Below are positions 13,401-26,019 of a stretch of 64,000 nt of DNA, in pieces. Position 1 is the first letter of the stretch. The number at the start of each line of letters is the position of its first letter. Location of the stretch: assembly GCA_002633005.1 (NCBI GenBank), contig NMRA01000107.1, positions 923,414 to 987,413 of the forward strand. The letters are read 5' to 3'. Both the position numbers and the translations under genes were made by a program. The notes under the pieces were generated by a model, which was given only the letters and a program-made list of their open reading frames with translations, was not told the DNA's origin and searched no databases. Source of the DNA: Phoronis australis. Taxonomy: Eukaryota; Animalia; Phoronida.

Positions 13401-15864
13401 TTCAATACAGGTAAATTTAGATTTGTGCTGTTCACACAGCAGTTCTAGTGCAAACAATGCTTGCAACAATACACATGCCTACTTTCCTAGACAGCTGTGC
13501 TGACATAATAATGCCACCACTAGATTTAGAAGATCAGACGGAGTATTTAAAGGTCCAGCCATTGTACTGTTTCCTCCCTTTGAATTTTTACAATGCTACA
13601 TCCTCGACAATCTTAAAGCACTTCCTCTGTCATATCCCCTACATCCAACTGTCCCAGTGGCCTATCTCCTACTTTGGACCGGTTGTGGTATAAGCCAGTA
13701 ATCTTTGGCCATTACTTTTTCCCCGACTTGTTCCTCAAGTTACAAATTCTCTTTGACACATCATCTGGGAGTAGACTTTTCGGCCTCTCACTTAGTTGTC
13801 CAGAAAGGTACCTTCTTGCTGGTTTTGAGAATTTCTATACCCAACCTTTAGTAACAGTTGGCAAGTCTTTAACTTCAGCAGAAGCTACTTCTTCAGCATA
13901 AGCCTTTCTTGATTCCTAAAATTGTATTAATGAAAAAATTAAACATATTAGATTTAATTCCATTTTGGCTCAAAAAATGTATACTAAAGTGAAGGCTTCA
14001 AAAATATGTCACTCAGTTTTGATTATAAAAACTTACAAATTAAATTTCTATGCACCTGGCAGTAGGACAAAGGTTTAAAACAGAAGTATGGCACATTACG
14101 TGCAGAAAATATTGAGACCGATTTAAATGTGTCAGCCTTCATTGTGAAATGCATGATTTGTGCATTATATTTCTCTTCCTAACATTGAAACATAAAACAA
14201 TTGACCGATTTTAGGCAATTACGAAATTTGTTACAGGTTTTACTGTTACTGTAGTATCCATAGGGGTTAAATCTAACTCGCTTTCTTTTGACCCACTCCG
14301 AAATTTCATTAAGTCATCCTGTTTTGTCTGGGAGCTTCTGCATATAACTGAAAATTCTTAGTTATATTCATCACCTGTATAGGAACATCTTTTGTTACAT
14401 GTTCACAGTCATAGGCTATAGGGATCAAACAAATGAAAACAACAGAGCCTTAATAGAGGTGGTTAATCAAGTGTCCTTGGGTAGCACCCACTGTATACTA
14501 TGTATTTGCTAAGCAATGTCCAGTAAGACCATCTAAAATCCCCAATGCAACAGTACAATCGCAGACATTCAATAGCGGACATGGCATAATCTCTAGTCAC
14601 TATGTCATGGGCAGAAGTCATGTCAAATGTTTTATAAACGCATTTTGTGGTTGTTATGAAAAGTTATGATAACTACCTATTTTCTATGCCAATGGAAACA
14701 TACGCTGCATATACTTCAAGCAATTTGAAATAAGGCCCAAGTTATAAGCAATCACAGTGCGTCAATAAAAGTATGTTTGCATAAATGACGTGCTCCTAAA
14801 AATATTCCTCAGAGTCTGACCCTGGAGTTTGATGATTCCTACCTGAGCTCACACGAAGCAGGACGTTGAACCTTGACTTTACGTCTTTGAGTATTTTTCA
14901 GACCTTTGTTGGATTTCCCCCTCTTGTGTGTAGTGGATGTACTCAGTGTCTTTGGTGACGCCAATATATATCGAGGGTTGTAGCGATGATTCGGGAAATT
15001 GAATCTACGACGGTAGAAATTTAGCTCCTGCTGCAGGCACCTGCCTCCGAGGCAAACAGACTACTTCTCAGGAGGACACGGTCAACCTTCTTCCCATCCC
15101 CTCACTTTTAAGATTCTCAAATGTCTCGCTATATTCCTTGTGCATTTCCCAAGAATTTTCAAAGTTGATTCTCTCGGCAATTTGTAAAAACACCACATTT
15201 GATGCGACTGGCAGTGCCAAATAAATAGATAAATTCTCGAACCTGCACTTTAGATCAGCCATCATTCAACTACTGCATAGTGTATTCTTTAGTTTGGTAT
15301 TCAATGAGTTGGACACCTATTACCAAGCCTCCCTAAAGGGCTGACAAAGTTTTTTTGCATGAATTTCAAGGGCATGGAGTCTTCTACATGCCCATGTTAT
15401 TTTTTAGTTTTCTCGTTGGGTCAGCTTCGCTATAAGGCTATAACTGAGTACCCCCATGAAAAGCAGTGTGAATTGATGGGGCTAACCTCATTGTAAATAT
15501 TACATTACTACTACTACTAATAATAATAATGATAATAATAATAACTTACTGCTGGCTTTTCTCAAGCATGAAATGTACCTCCACGGAAACAGTTCCAGAG
15601 TTACCATAGTAACCGATATTTTAGTGTCGGTGCCATTTTTGCTTGCATTGTTCTTAAACCTATCATGTGATTTCAAAATTATTCAGAAAAAAATCTGTTT
15701 GAAGCAGAAACTGCAGCAGAAAATGTAGTCAAAATGACTCATTCCACATCAAGAAATTGCCTCATTTTGCCCCCAGAAGACTTTCCTAGTATCTCCTAAA
15801 CCACCAAACTCTGTGGTGTCATACTTCACCCAATTTCTCTAATCTCTAATGTGATTTCATGTCG

Positions 15865-17225
15865 TGTCTAAAGATATGCGTGACTTTTCACCGCTCGTCC
15901 TTCTCAGCAGCTTTTACCAGGATCAAAGAGAGCGCGGCGCCAAAGTCGGACTCAGTTGCGATAACCGCATTGTCCGGTTCCAGCAAGACACAATTAAGTG
16001 TAGTTACCCGGTCATAAACTGTAGTAAACTTCTCTGCCTGTTTGTACTGCCGAATTTTCAAAATGCATTAACCAACAGTTTTTGTTAAAACAAATACCAC
16101 TGCGGTATCCAGATGGAAAAAACAACCAAGTTTGGTTTTCGATTTTTGAAAATCGATGAACTATTAAAGCTAAAAACTACAAACATTGGGTACGATTGAA
16201 GATAACGGACTGTGCGTATTGATATAGTGGGTGGATTTACAAATGCTGATCAGAGTTAACAATATCACGTAGATTGTTCTTTAATAAGCAACTAAGCTAC
16301 ATTGAAGTATCTACAAACAACACACAGTGACTAAAGTAGATGTCAATGACTTTTAAAACATCGCTTAAGGTCCAGGGCATATGCTGAACTACTTTACTCG
16401 AGGAGTAGTACACTAACCTGATCACTGATATTCGCGGAAACAGATGCGCCAGTTTCGATAGTTAGATTGTAGTTGTAATGGAACACGTGTGAAGACAAGA
16501 AGATGGATAGCTTTGTAGTCAACGAGAGAGTGCATTGGATGAGGTTGGTCGGTGGGCAGGAGCTGTTAATTCATTTTTTAAGGCAAAGGGAAAGGCCAAA
16601 ATAGTTATGTAGTGATTGCAACCAAAATTGTCCAGAGGTTTCAAATCTTCCCTATATTTGCACTTTTGTATATATTTTATGATTTCAGTTCTAATAAATA
16701 TTGAACTTGAAGTAATGGCAGGTGTAATTTTGTTGTTTGTAATTTTGACATGTTTGGTGTAGCTGTAATCTGGAAAAGTCAGGGATGGGTTTAAAATTAA
16801 CTGACTTCTAAGTTATTTTGATACTTCGATTAAAAACAAAATAACCGGTAAGAAAAAAGGAGACAGGAGATTTGAATATAAAATAATGAAAACAGGTGTG
16901 AAACATATTTAAAACCAACTTTCCGTTGGGAAGCGGTCGTTTTTCAAGATCAACGCAAATTAAGGTTTTATTTTTTGTAATATTTAAAATTTACCAACTT
17001 AAAACTACTCTCCACATTACTGGTTTTAACTCTGTGCAAATGCCAGTGAAAACCAATTTAGGTGTACTAACAACCACCACTGTTAAGAAATTAGTGCTTC
17101 CTATTACCTTACACTTCATTAGCCTAGATCTATATCAGTACAAAGGGCGTGCTGAATACCCGTCCTAAAAGTTGTCTGGGGCTTAGGGAATCAGAGCGGT
17201 GACCAGTGTAAGCCAGAAATTCTCC
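15865..17225 (+). repeat. Interspersed repeat, diverged copy of 2805-3925
   Basis: Shared blocks such as ctaaagatatgcg..ttttcac.gctcgtccttct and caaagggcgtgctgaata...agggaatcagagcggt. The 2765-4010 copy is absent from the matching gene B intron. Confidence 0.8.
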
Positions 17226-17742
17226 ACAGGTATAAGGCTAAACATGGTATTGAATGGCTGACCCCCACCCACTTGCCACTTGTTGGCTGTACTGCGGTCG
17301 GTGGATCAGTGGACAAACAACTTATCAAAAACTCATAGAAAACTATCCAAAATTTATTCAGAATAAAATACAGTTTCCTTTTAATATCATTCCTCTGATT
17401 TAAGTCCACTTCAAAAATTTGTGAAAAAGTTGTCAATGACTGTCCTTTAACTCTAATTGAGGTGAGGATTGGTTTGTTTAAAGTGTGCTTTCTTGTGTTG
17501 AAAAAACGAATTTCCTGAATAGTCCGACACATGTATAATAACGAAAACACGTTCGAGGATGATTTTTAAAAACGTGAAAGTTTTTACTGCACTCATGAAT
17601 GGTAGTTGTATGCCCCACCCCTGCACACTGTGAAAAATTCCCTTTGGATACTATTTCGTATGCTTATGGCAAATTGTGTATTTGAATTTTCCGTAACAAA
17701 AATAACCAGCATTTGCGTAGCGTGCCAAGTAATCATACGCAC

Positions 17743-17926
17743 CTGCAAGTAGTGCCCGCATATTCTACCAGGATCACACGTGTCTGTAGTATAGTTGTAC
17801 TGAGTCTTCTCTTGCCACCAACCGTTAACTTCTGCTGCAAAGTCGATCTTGCGTCCTCTGTCCACATAGCGTAAGTAGTTCTGTCCACTCGGTCTCGATG
17901 ACAAGTACGACACTCCCGGGCAGTAA
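17743..17926 (-). CDS. CAP/SCP gene A, exon 3
   Basis: tttctgtccAG acceptor, phase 2 in; YYCPGVSYLSSRPSGQNYLRYVDRGRKIDFAAEVNGWWQEKTQYNYTTDTCDPGRICGHYLQ (CAP 'WxxE..Y.Y...C.....CGHYxQ'); GTGCGT donor, phase 0. Confidence 0.93.
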
Positions 17927-19140
17927 CTGGACAGAAATATTTTCGTTTATTAGGAGAGAGTGATGCATAGTCCACCGATTTCTTCACTTCTCTTCGATTA
18001 AGAATTCGCTCATTAGGAACTCATAACACAGACATTTATCTTGAGGTCCTATTAAAACATCAATAATTTTAACTTAGCTTTCAAAAATTAGACCCAGGGC
18101 CCGGAAATTCAAGAATGTGTTAATAAAAATTCTCGTTATGTTGAAAAAATGTTGCTACTTGAGAGCAGGCTGCAATTAAACTAATTTGAGCTAAACTTGA
18201 TCTTATGGAGAATTTTTTTGAAAATGAATCAAAAAGTGTATCTTTAAATGGTTGCGAGCTTTAAGGTTACATTTACCTGTACAGTGATTTTGGTGTGAGA
18301 TAATCTGATACATTTTATGTAACAGACGTTTGGAAATATTGTATATAAAACCAAATTCAATTTGACAAACATATTGGCATACAGACTGGACGGGTCTCCG
18401 GTGTACACATGCTCCTGGCAATGGGTGTGATCGTGTGTAAGTCAACATTCAAGCTAAAGATAACTGAAGGAGAACCTTAAGGCTAATTATAATGATAACG
18501 AAAACTTTCGAAAGGCTCAAAATATGGCACCAGTTCACTTTAACTATATTAACAGTGCAATTTTGATGCTTTTTAGCCTATTTTACTCCTGTTTTTGTAA
18601 AGTGACCAATCGAAAGTGCATGTGGCCACGTTGAATCTTTTCGTGGAAAGTGATTGGAGGTTTAATAGTACATGACTAAATATTTGTCCGAGTTAAGACA
18701 TTAATTTGTGCTGCCAAGACAGATGGTGAAATTTTGAAAAAATAATACCATGAACACAATGTCGACCTTAGGTTCTCGATTGTGCAGGTAACTTGCAATA
18801 AAATTAAGCCAACTTTGGTCACATTTCGGTGAATTAACTACGCCTCAGCCGCATGTTACCGATTTCATAGATTTTGTAAGTTTTTTCAAGTTAAGCAAAC
18901 ATTTGCGGATTGGCAAAGTCGGCATATCATTATTTGTTTCAACGATTATGTAATAAATTGGCCTCAATATCTGTTGACAAATTGACAACCGGGTTTCAGA
19001 TCACAGTCTGGGATAAAACGGTGAAACTACCAAGAAACGGTCCTTATTACGCTTCTATTGTGACATTCGAGATCAGTCTTGGCGAAATGCAATTAGCGGT
19101 TAATCGTCATGGAATCAAAAAACAGCATAGGACTACTTAC

Positions 19141-19217
19141 TATTGGTAATAGCTGTGTCTTAGTTCACACAAGTTCGCCGTCAATTGTGCGCGACCTGCT
19201 AACATGTCGTCCCATTC
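19141..19217 (-). CDS. CAP/SCP gene A, exon 2
   Basis: ttctttgtAG acceptor; EWDDMLAGRAQLTANLCELRHSYYQ+TA (CAP 'WDxxLAxxAQ...C...HS'); GTAAGT donor, phase 2. Not in the ORF track. Confidence 0.92.
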
Positions 19218-19579
19218 CTACAAAGAACAAAGAGTTGACACCACAAGTTGCAGGGCTCAAACTGCGCCGTAAAATTTCGTAACAAAGTGAATTGATTTTG
19301 GAAAATTCAGTAGCAATATAAAATAAACCCTTCTGTGAAACCTACATGTACCACACGCATATAACGTTTCTTTTTAAGATGCACTTCGTCCTGTTTTTCG
19401 GGCTAAAACGAATATTTAACTGCGTTTTTACTTTTAAAAATTGGTCTGACAATATTCCTTACCGCAATAGGATTCAATTTTGATTACCAACTAGAATGTC
19501 GAAGCTATCAGCGGCTCACGAAAACGCTTCCGAGTTAATTTGGTTGCTCAACACTAAATTTGAAATTCGAAAATGGCGC

Positions 19580-19861
19580 CAGTGGAGGACTTAGGGGGAG
19601 CAAGGGGTTCATGCCCCCCTAAATTACCATTTGGCAGTTCGGGGTGCGAATGTCTGACTAGCATATGCTTGCACCCAGGGGGACTCGGGGGGCGAATGCA
19701 TAGGCCTTGAACAAACCCGTTTACATTTTTTTAGTACATGTAATAGGGTCCACAAACCCAACATTTCGAGACCTTTGCATCCCTACATTTTAGGCTGGCC
19801 CGCATATGGCAAAGTTCTGGTGGCCTGGCGCCCCCAACTCAAAATCGTGGATCCGCACATG
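19580..19861. mobile_element. 282-bp MITE with 5-bp target duplication GGCGC
   Basis: GGCGC at 19575-19579 and 19862-19866; degenerate inverted ends CAGTGGAGGAC...GATCCGCACATG; the paralogous site in gene B (60072-60090, gaaaatggcgcttgta) is empty. Confidence 0.8.
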
Positions 19862-19982
19862 GGCGCTTGTAAGCATTACATGTACCTGTATCTTCAGTTG
19901 CAGTCCCATTAGGCAATAATTCCAGATGGGATGAGCCTGGTAACGTTTTTATAAACCAAAGTAGAGTTGCACTATCTCATAC

Positions 19983-20110
19983 TTGAATTCTATTGTTGCT
20001 TCCTATGGTATACTCGATGAGTTAGTCATTGACAGTGACTCACAATGTGCTAAATCCAAGCTTAAACCGCTTACTTCGGAGTGTGGGTTTACTATTTGCA
20101 TGAATTCCGT
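19983..20110 (+). mobile_element. Gypsy LTR-retrotransposon integrase relic (gene A intron 1)
   Basis: LNSIVASYGILDELVIDSDSQCAKSKLKPLTSECGFT resembles the integrase core 'LKSIFARxGIPxxLVSDNGPQF...YGF'. Confidence 0.65.
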
Positions 20111-20789
20111 GTGTGGGCATCAATACGCATGCTTGCTCGGAAGTTTATCGATCACATTGTCACCACGTGCACACGCCTTCTACGCAGTGTACTTGTTGGG
20201 GCTTAGCCACGGAATTGGGGTTCTCTTGATTTTGTTTACTTCGATCACTGCCGTTGTAACAAATTACAATTATTCAAATCAAAGGTGGTTGCCATGCTAC
20301 ATGTACCTAACAGTAAATTGAAAGGGGTTTCCCATATTTCAACCAATGGGAATGGCTGAATGTTATGACGTCGTTTTCATTACTTTGACCAATGAGAACC
20401 CATGATAAACAACATCCACAGAGCTACGAAAACATCTCACATTGCTATTTTAAAGTTGGTGAGCAAATTGACTCCCATCATTATCCGTTAGAACTGGCTT
20501 TAATCTGGGTGAAGTGTTTCATAACCTCGAAGATAACAATACATGGGAAACTTACGACGTTAATAGAAAAATAAATATAGTCATAACCTGTCAATATGAA
20601 AATAAAAACAAGTATTTTGAAAGCTTACAGTTGACTGAAGGTAACGGGTGTCTGGAAAATGATGTATCATGTCTTCAAATAACATGTTTTGTTGATTAGG
20701 CATTACATAGTAAATATAATTTGGTGGCAAATTCAGTCACAAGCTCAGGTATGACAAAATCTAAACCATGGAAATATAGATCAAAACCA

Positions 20790-22480
20790 GTGACATGGTT
20801 TGACAGAGGGTGCTATGATCAAAATTACAGTACTGGCGCGCAGTTATATAAAGAAATACAAGGGGCATGAATCCCGTGAAAATTTAGGTAGATATAGCGA
20901 CTGTAACAGGACATATAAAAAGCAAACCAAACGAAAGCAAAAAAATATTCAGAGAAAGACTAACCAAACCATTGTGAGCGAGAACGAAAAACAGTTTTGG
21001 AACTGTTGAAAGTCAAGACAAGTCGTCAATGTTTAACCATAAACAGTGGCTGGATAGTTTTATAATATATATACACCTCAGATTGGAGAATACGATGCCT
21101 TCGTATAGTTCCATGCATGTGTTAAACAACATAAGCAACATCCAGCAGAATGCAAACAAAACTCTACACTTTTTTTGGCAAAACCTGCGTATAAGCCGTC
21201 AACGATGTAAGGAATTTGCTTAAAAACAATGGTTCGACCCACCTTGGAATACGCCTCTACTGTTTGAAACCCATATAACCAAAAAGACATTACTGCTGTA
21301 GAGAAAGTACAGAGGAGAGCTACTCAAATGAAATGGTTCAATCGCCCACCCTCTGTTGGGTCAATTTGAGAAGCCTTAAACTGGACCACTCTCACCCACA
21401 GACGCAAAATCTGAGGTTGATCATCAACTCTGGTGTTTCCCCTGTCGCATATTCTGCTCTCTCTGGCATCCGTCCCAGAAGGAAGGCCATTCAGTTACAA
21501 GATTACAATAAAAAGGACTGTCAGGTTACCGGACGAAGACATTCTTTCCTAGAACAGTAGCGGGCTGGAATAGCTTGCTGGGCTACATTACATCGGTCAC
21601 TTCTCTTGATGTCTTTGTCAGCAAGTTATCTGCTTTCCTGAAGTAGCATAGTCGGGTGCCTCCAAGGCACCAGCTTACTGTCTGCCCGATCTGTAAATGA
21701 CCTAGCTATGCTAACCGATCTCTGTAGTGGCGTCCACTATATTTTATGAGTCGGATGAAACCCTACATAATATAGAGGATCAGACAGCGTTTAATTGTAT
21801 TATTATTGTCGATGAAGTAGTGTATAAATGGTATGAAATTAGGTAAAGCAGCAGCTGAAGATGACGGTATTTTGTCGCAATTTTTCTAAGTTCGCAACAT
21901 TTACATTTCAAGAATCTCTCGTTCGTAATAAATTTTTATACAGGGAAATACCAGTCTGAACGGAATACAGGTATTTTAGTCCGATTTGGTTCTCGTTGCA
22001 GAAACTACTATTATATTATGCAAAGATTAATTATCAAACTAGAACAATATTGCAATAAATTGAAGCTTCGTGTGAATACATCAAAAAACAAAAATTATAG
22101 TCTTCCGTACAAGGGGGATTTTTAAGAAATTACATGAAATAATGGAACAAAATAAGCGTTGCTTCGCTTTGAACACGATTCTTATTTACGTGTGGTTCTG
22201 GAATTGTTTGGACACAACAAGGCGTAGGAGATACTGCCTCATTTATAATGTGAATTTCAGCAACGATGCTGTGACTTATATATTTCGCATTGGAAAAAAC
22301 TTATATCTTCTCAATCGTTAGATGTTTATGAAATTGAAAAAATCGATTTTGGTATTGAAAAATACTTAACATGTCGAGGAAACAAGATTTAGAAGTTCGG
22401 ATCATTCTTTAATGATAGTTAAGGGAAGATTTATTGGTCTTGATAGAGGGAAGAGAACATGTCCCTGTTGTAATAGTGTT
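20790..22480 (+). mobile_element. Decayed RTE-X-like LINE fragments with a nested CR1-like piece
   Basis: LVLVAET..KLEQYCNKLKLRVNTSK..IIVFRTRG (~21985-22120) and TRFRSSDHSLMIVKGRFIGLDRGKRTCPCCNS (~22382-22480). Confidence 0.6.
21150..21650 (+). mobile_element. CR1-type LINE 3' remnant
   Basis: KTMVRPTLEYASTV*NPYNQKDITAVEKVQRRAT and FFPRTVAGWNSL motifs. Confidence 0.8.
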
Positions 22481-25082
22481 CCATTAAACATGAACAAGAA
22501 CAACTGAACAACAAATACTTAGGCTTAAGCCCACAAAAGTGAGGCGAGTGCAAACAGTCACCCAGCATCTCGGTTGCACTACATCACAACCGGACACTGG
22601 AGCGCCGAGAAAATGTCAACATTTTATCACAACGAGGCTACCATTATCGACCCATTTCCAACAAATAGAAACACGGAAGTAAGCCATTACCTGACCGCTG
22701 TACAAAACACAATTCTGTTGCCTCGCTCTGGTAAAAAGTAACCAAGACAATGCGCTAAAAACATAATGCAGGTGGTCTGTTACAAGATTCATCAGACGTG
22801 CGCCGCAGGCCGCTCAGCCAGACATGTATAGCAATACAATACGTTTTGAAGTTGGCTACTGGTTTGCCAGTTGCAACAAATATCAGAACTCGTATAAATT
22901 TTGACGTTTGTGAATTGTCAATTAAATGTGCATTTTATGTACATCTTGTTTAATTATTTGGTTTTAAATTCATTTTTACTGCCACTTGCTTTATACCAAT
23001 TGGATGAAAATGTGATAGTTATACCATATTACCTCGAATACAAGGCCATGAACTCATAGCATGGGTCATTTCTTTTTCAAGTACTCTGTATAAACGCATT
23101 ATTTGGCCTATGATGCCATCATCAAGCGTGGGTCCACAAGAACATCGTTTGTCAATGATGGATTACGATCATGCTTTTGGGGCGACGGTAAAGGAAAATG
23201 ACCGTGCAGAAATGGAGATTTTTGAGGAGGACGCGAGGGCAGAAGTTGAAACTATTGAGGGTTTTAAAACGAGGAAAATTTTCAGAGATCTATTACACGT
23301 CCGATTGCTGGGAGTTTTGCAGAAAAATAGGAATAACGTTGCCCGTCAGATGGGTGTTTCCAGAAGAAATGAAAGGCGACACTTACAAATGCTAAAATAC
23401 AAGCTTGGGTTCAACTGTGAACAAACAGGAGAAAAAACATGAGAGCGTGGAAAAGAACGAAGAGATGGAAAGACTTTTGATAGACTGAGGGTCTGGGAAA
23501 TAAAGAAACAATCACCAGAAAATTAGTGCCAACGCACTTAACGAAAAGTTACAAGCGAAGAGATGGGTATCAATGTACCATTCAGAAATGCGTAACTTCG
23601 ACTTTGAAGGAATTTAAACTTCCTTGACTGTATTTGAATCATACTGTATTTTCTAAAGTGACATGCGCCAAAAATGTGCTATCGTATGTGCAGGTCATAT
23701 AATTTGCAAAGATCTTTAAACTTGCCTTTCATTTTCAAGGTATCGCCGTTAGGACAAGACAAGAATCTGCTCATTTTTTTTCTTTTACAACATGCCTAAA
23801 AGCAGCAGTTCAAACACTCACTTAAAGAAACTCTTCTCGTTTAACCCCACTCCAATTATTTGCCAAGCTTTAGTGATCACAACATGGTTGTTGCTGACCT
23901 TTGATTTTTGGGGGTGAACCGCCGAAGTCAGTGGCAACAGGAACATGCATTACGGGTACCCACTCAACTCGCCGTATGTAACGAGTTTTCCACAGAAAAC
24001 ACACCACTACTCAAAAGATATTGTTTCCTCTGCATCAATTTCAATTTTCAGTCAAATTATATCACAAAGACAAATATTCGGTATCTTTCAGCTGTGCTTG
24101 CCTTATTTTCCTACTAATCTTTTTCAAGTGGGTGTGATATCCAGAAAACTTCATTACCAATGGCAAAGTAAGCTGACATTCACTACGACGGACATCTTAG
24201 GTGGTGCACTACCAACAATAACATTAAACTATAAAATAACATTAACTTTAGTTAAGCTCAAAAGTATTTGGACTTGTGATAAACGAGCATCATTCAGGCT
24301 TAAGATACGAACGAACTAACTTAAGTTAAATTCCGTTGAATGAGGTTCGGTACTAAAATGAAGCGGAATATTTCAAAAAAATGTAAACAAAGGCAATTAG
24401 AATCACTGCAGAAAGATACGAAATATTCACATATGGTGGTTCTTTTCGATTGGCGAAATTCATTAGCCTGCAAATTAGTGAATGGAAACTAAAAGTATCT
24501 TGAGGAGACAGCATCGTTTCATGGTGTGAAATATCTACTTAGAAGGCGGTTGTATGTAATCGTTTTTGACTGCGCGTGAAGCTGAAGTCCGTGGATGTTG
24601 GATTTATACTTCTCATTCTTTATCGTAAAACATCGTCCGCGTCTCTCATAATGCCTGTTGAATAGTTGTGCTACCATTTAATGTTATCTGAGACTTTTTC
24701 GACAAGACTGTGCATTCAGTCTAATACAGAACTAATACAGAACTATTAATTTTAAACTAGGGAAAGTAAAAAAATACAGAATTTGATTTTTGACTTCATA
24801 CGAAACTGTCATATTTTGGGGTAAAATTTAGCAAAACAGAAAACATTCACAGCAAAACAACGACATCAGAAGCATACATGTAGCTCATAAGTTGATTCAA
24901 GACTAAATCTCAAAAACGTTGATGTAGTTTTACAGCACAGTATTATCTAAAAGTTTCATTGGAATCCAATCAGCCGTTTCTGAGATGATTTTCAGTAGCC
25001 AAGTTTTGCTACTTTTCTAAGATCATGCATGCCCTTTTCAGCTAAATTTTTCTGTAGCAAATCAAAATTAAGACATACTTAC

Positions 25083-25298
25083 AATTTTTTTGAACTTCAC
25101 CTTATCTGTTTCTAGGGTTTGCCGCAATTGGTTGTGAGCATCAACGATTTGTTGTTTTTCTTGATCAGACAACGTTACCGGCTCGGTCTTTTTGCAATTG
25201 TCAATTGTGTCGTCTGTGGCCCTCGAAGCCCATACCGCGCTCGCCAGAACGGCAGGAAAACACAACGCAAGAATAGATATCACAGCAACAACTTTCAT
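25083..25298 (-). CDS. CAP/SCP gene A, coding exon 1 (signal peptide + start of CAP domain)
   Basis: ATG at 25298. Translates MKVVAVISILALCFPAVLASAVWASRATDDTIDNCKKTEPVTLSDQEKQQIVDAHNQLRQTLETDKVKFKKI (72 codons): hydrophobic leader plus the CAP 'IVDAHNxLR' motif. Ends at a GTAAGT donor, phase 0. Confidence 0.92.
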
Positions 25299-25414
25299 TT
25301 TTGACCGATAGCAATGCCTCGCTAAACACTGTGAAGTCACTCAAAGGAGTAATAAACAGCTCTGTATTTCGGTTGTTACACTTTGTTACATACTAGTAGG
25401 GGAAGACGCACTGG

Positions 25415-25422
25415 TTTATATA
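25415..25422 (-). promoter_or_regulatory. Candidate TATA box of CAP gene A
   Basis: TATATAAA on the minus strand, ~120 nt upstream of the ATG. Position is plausible but not proven. Confidence 0.5.
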
Positions 25423-26019
25423 CACCAAGCCTTTGGCCCCGACCGTTTATTTTCACCAGCCTGGAGTGTCCACCTAGCCAATGGACTTCGGCAAGTAGCA
25501 TTTCGTCACGAGACCAACAGGGATTTGCAAGAAATTTGAACTTACTGTTGCACGGAACATGTATACAATTTTTTATCTAAAATATAAGGAGCTGAGATTC
25601 ATGAGGCAACTCTTATGCTAACATTTGAAGTTCTCTTACTCCAACTCCTAAGCGATTCTGAGCCAGACTGTGACTAACCCGTACTAATCAATTCACAAAT
25701 TAATACTTGTGGCAGTACGAGATTGTGTAAAAATCAGCTAATTTCTCCTATAAAGTTTTAATTTTAAAAATTCCAAGGGACTACTATTTAAATTCCAATT
25801 TTAAAAACAGTAATGATGGTCGTTTGCTTTACTTATTGTTCATTTTTGGTTGAAACTGATTTGGCTAATGTTGGTAGTAGCCAATAAGATATATATAACT
25901 CATTGGTAGTAGCTAGCTCCAATCGTCTGCTTGCACGGCATCACAGGCCATATCCAGGGTTTACATTCCTCTGCCAAAACAAGGTTTTAAAGCATACTGA
26001 AGTCACGTGGTGTACATTG

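Larger units (their letters stand above)
8355..17380. mobile_element. ~9-kb composite insertion with Kolobok-like ends and TTAA flanks
   Basis: TTAA at 8351-8354 and 17381-17384. Ends AAGAGCACTGTA and TACAGTTTCCTT form a 9/12 inverted match. THAP-like start MPFCMAPGFSKKVTSKGMVIAYHR at ~8627. The whole interval is absent at the homologous point of gene B (~57883). Confidence 0.55.
17381..20110. repeat. Paralogous (segmental duplication) block, gene A vs gene B
   Basis: Collinear with ~57885-60290. Further collinear pairs: 7650-8345 with 57170-57880; 4015-5140 with 53980-54500 plus 56581-57110; 2090-2750 with 53205-53895. Introns are visibly diverged (roughly 75-85% by eye). Confidence 0.9.
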
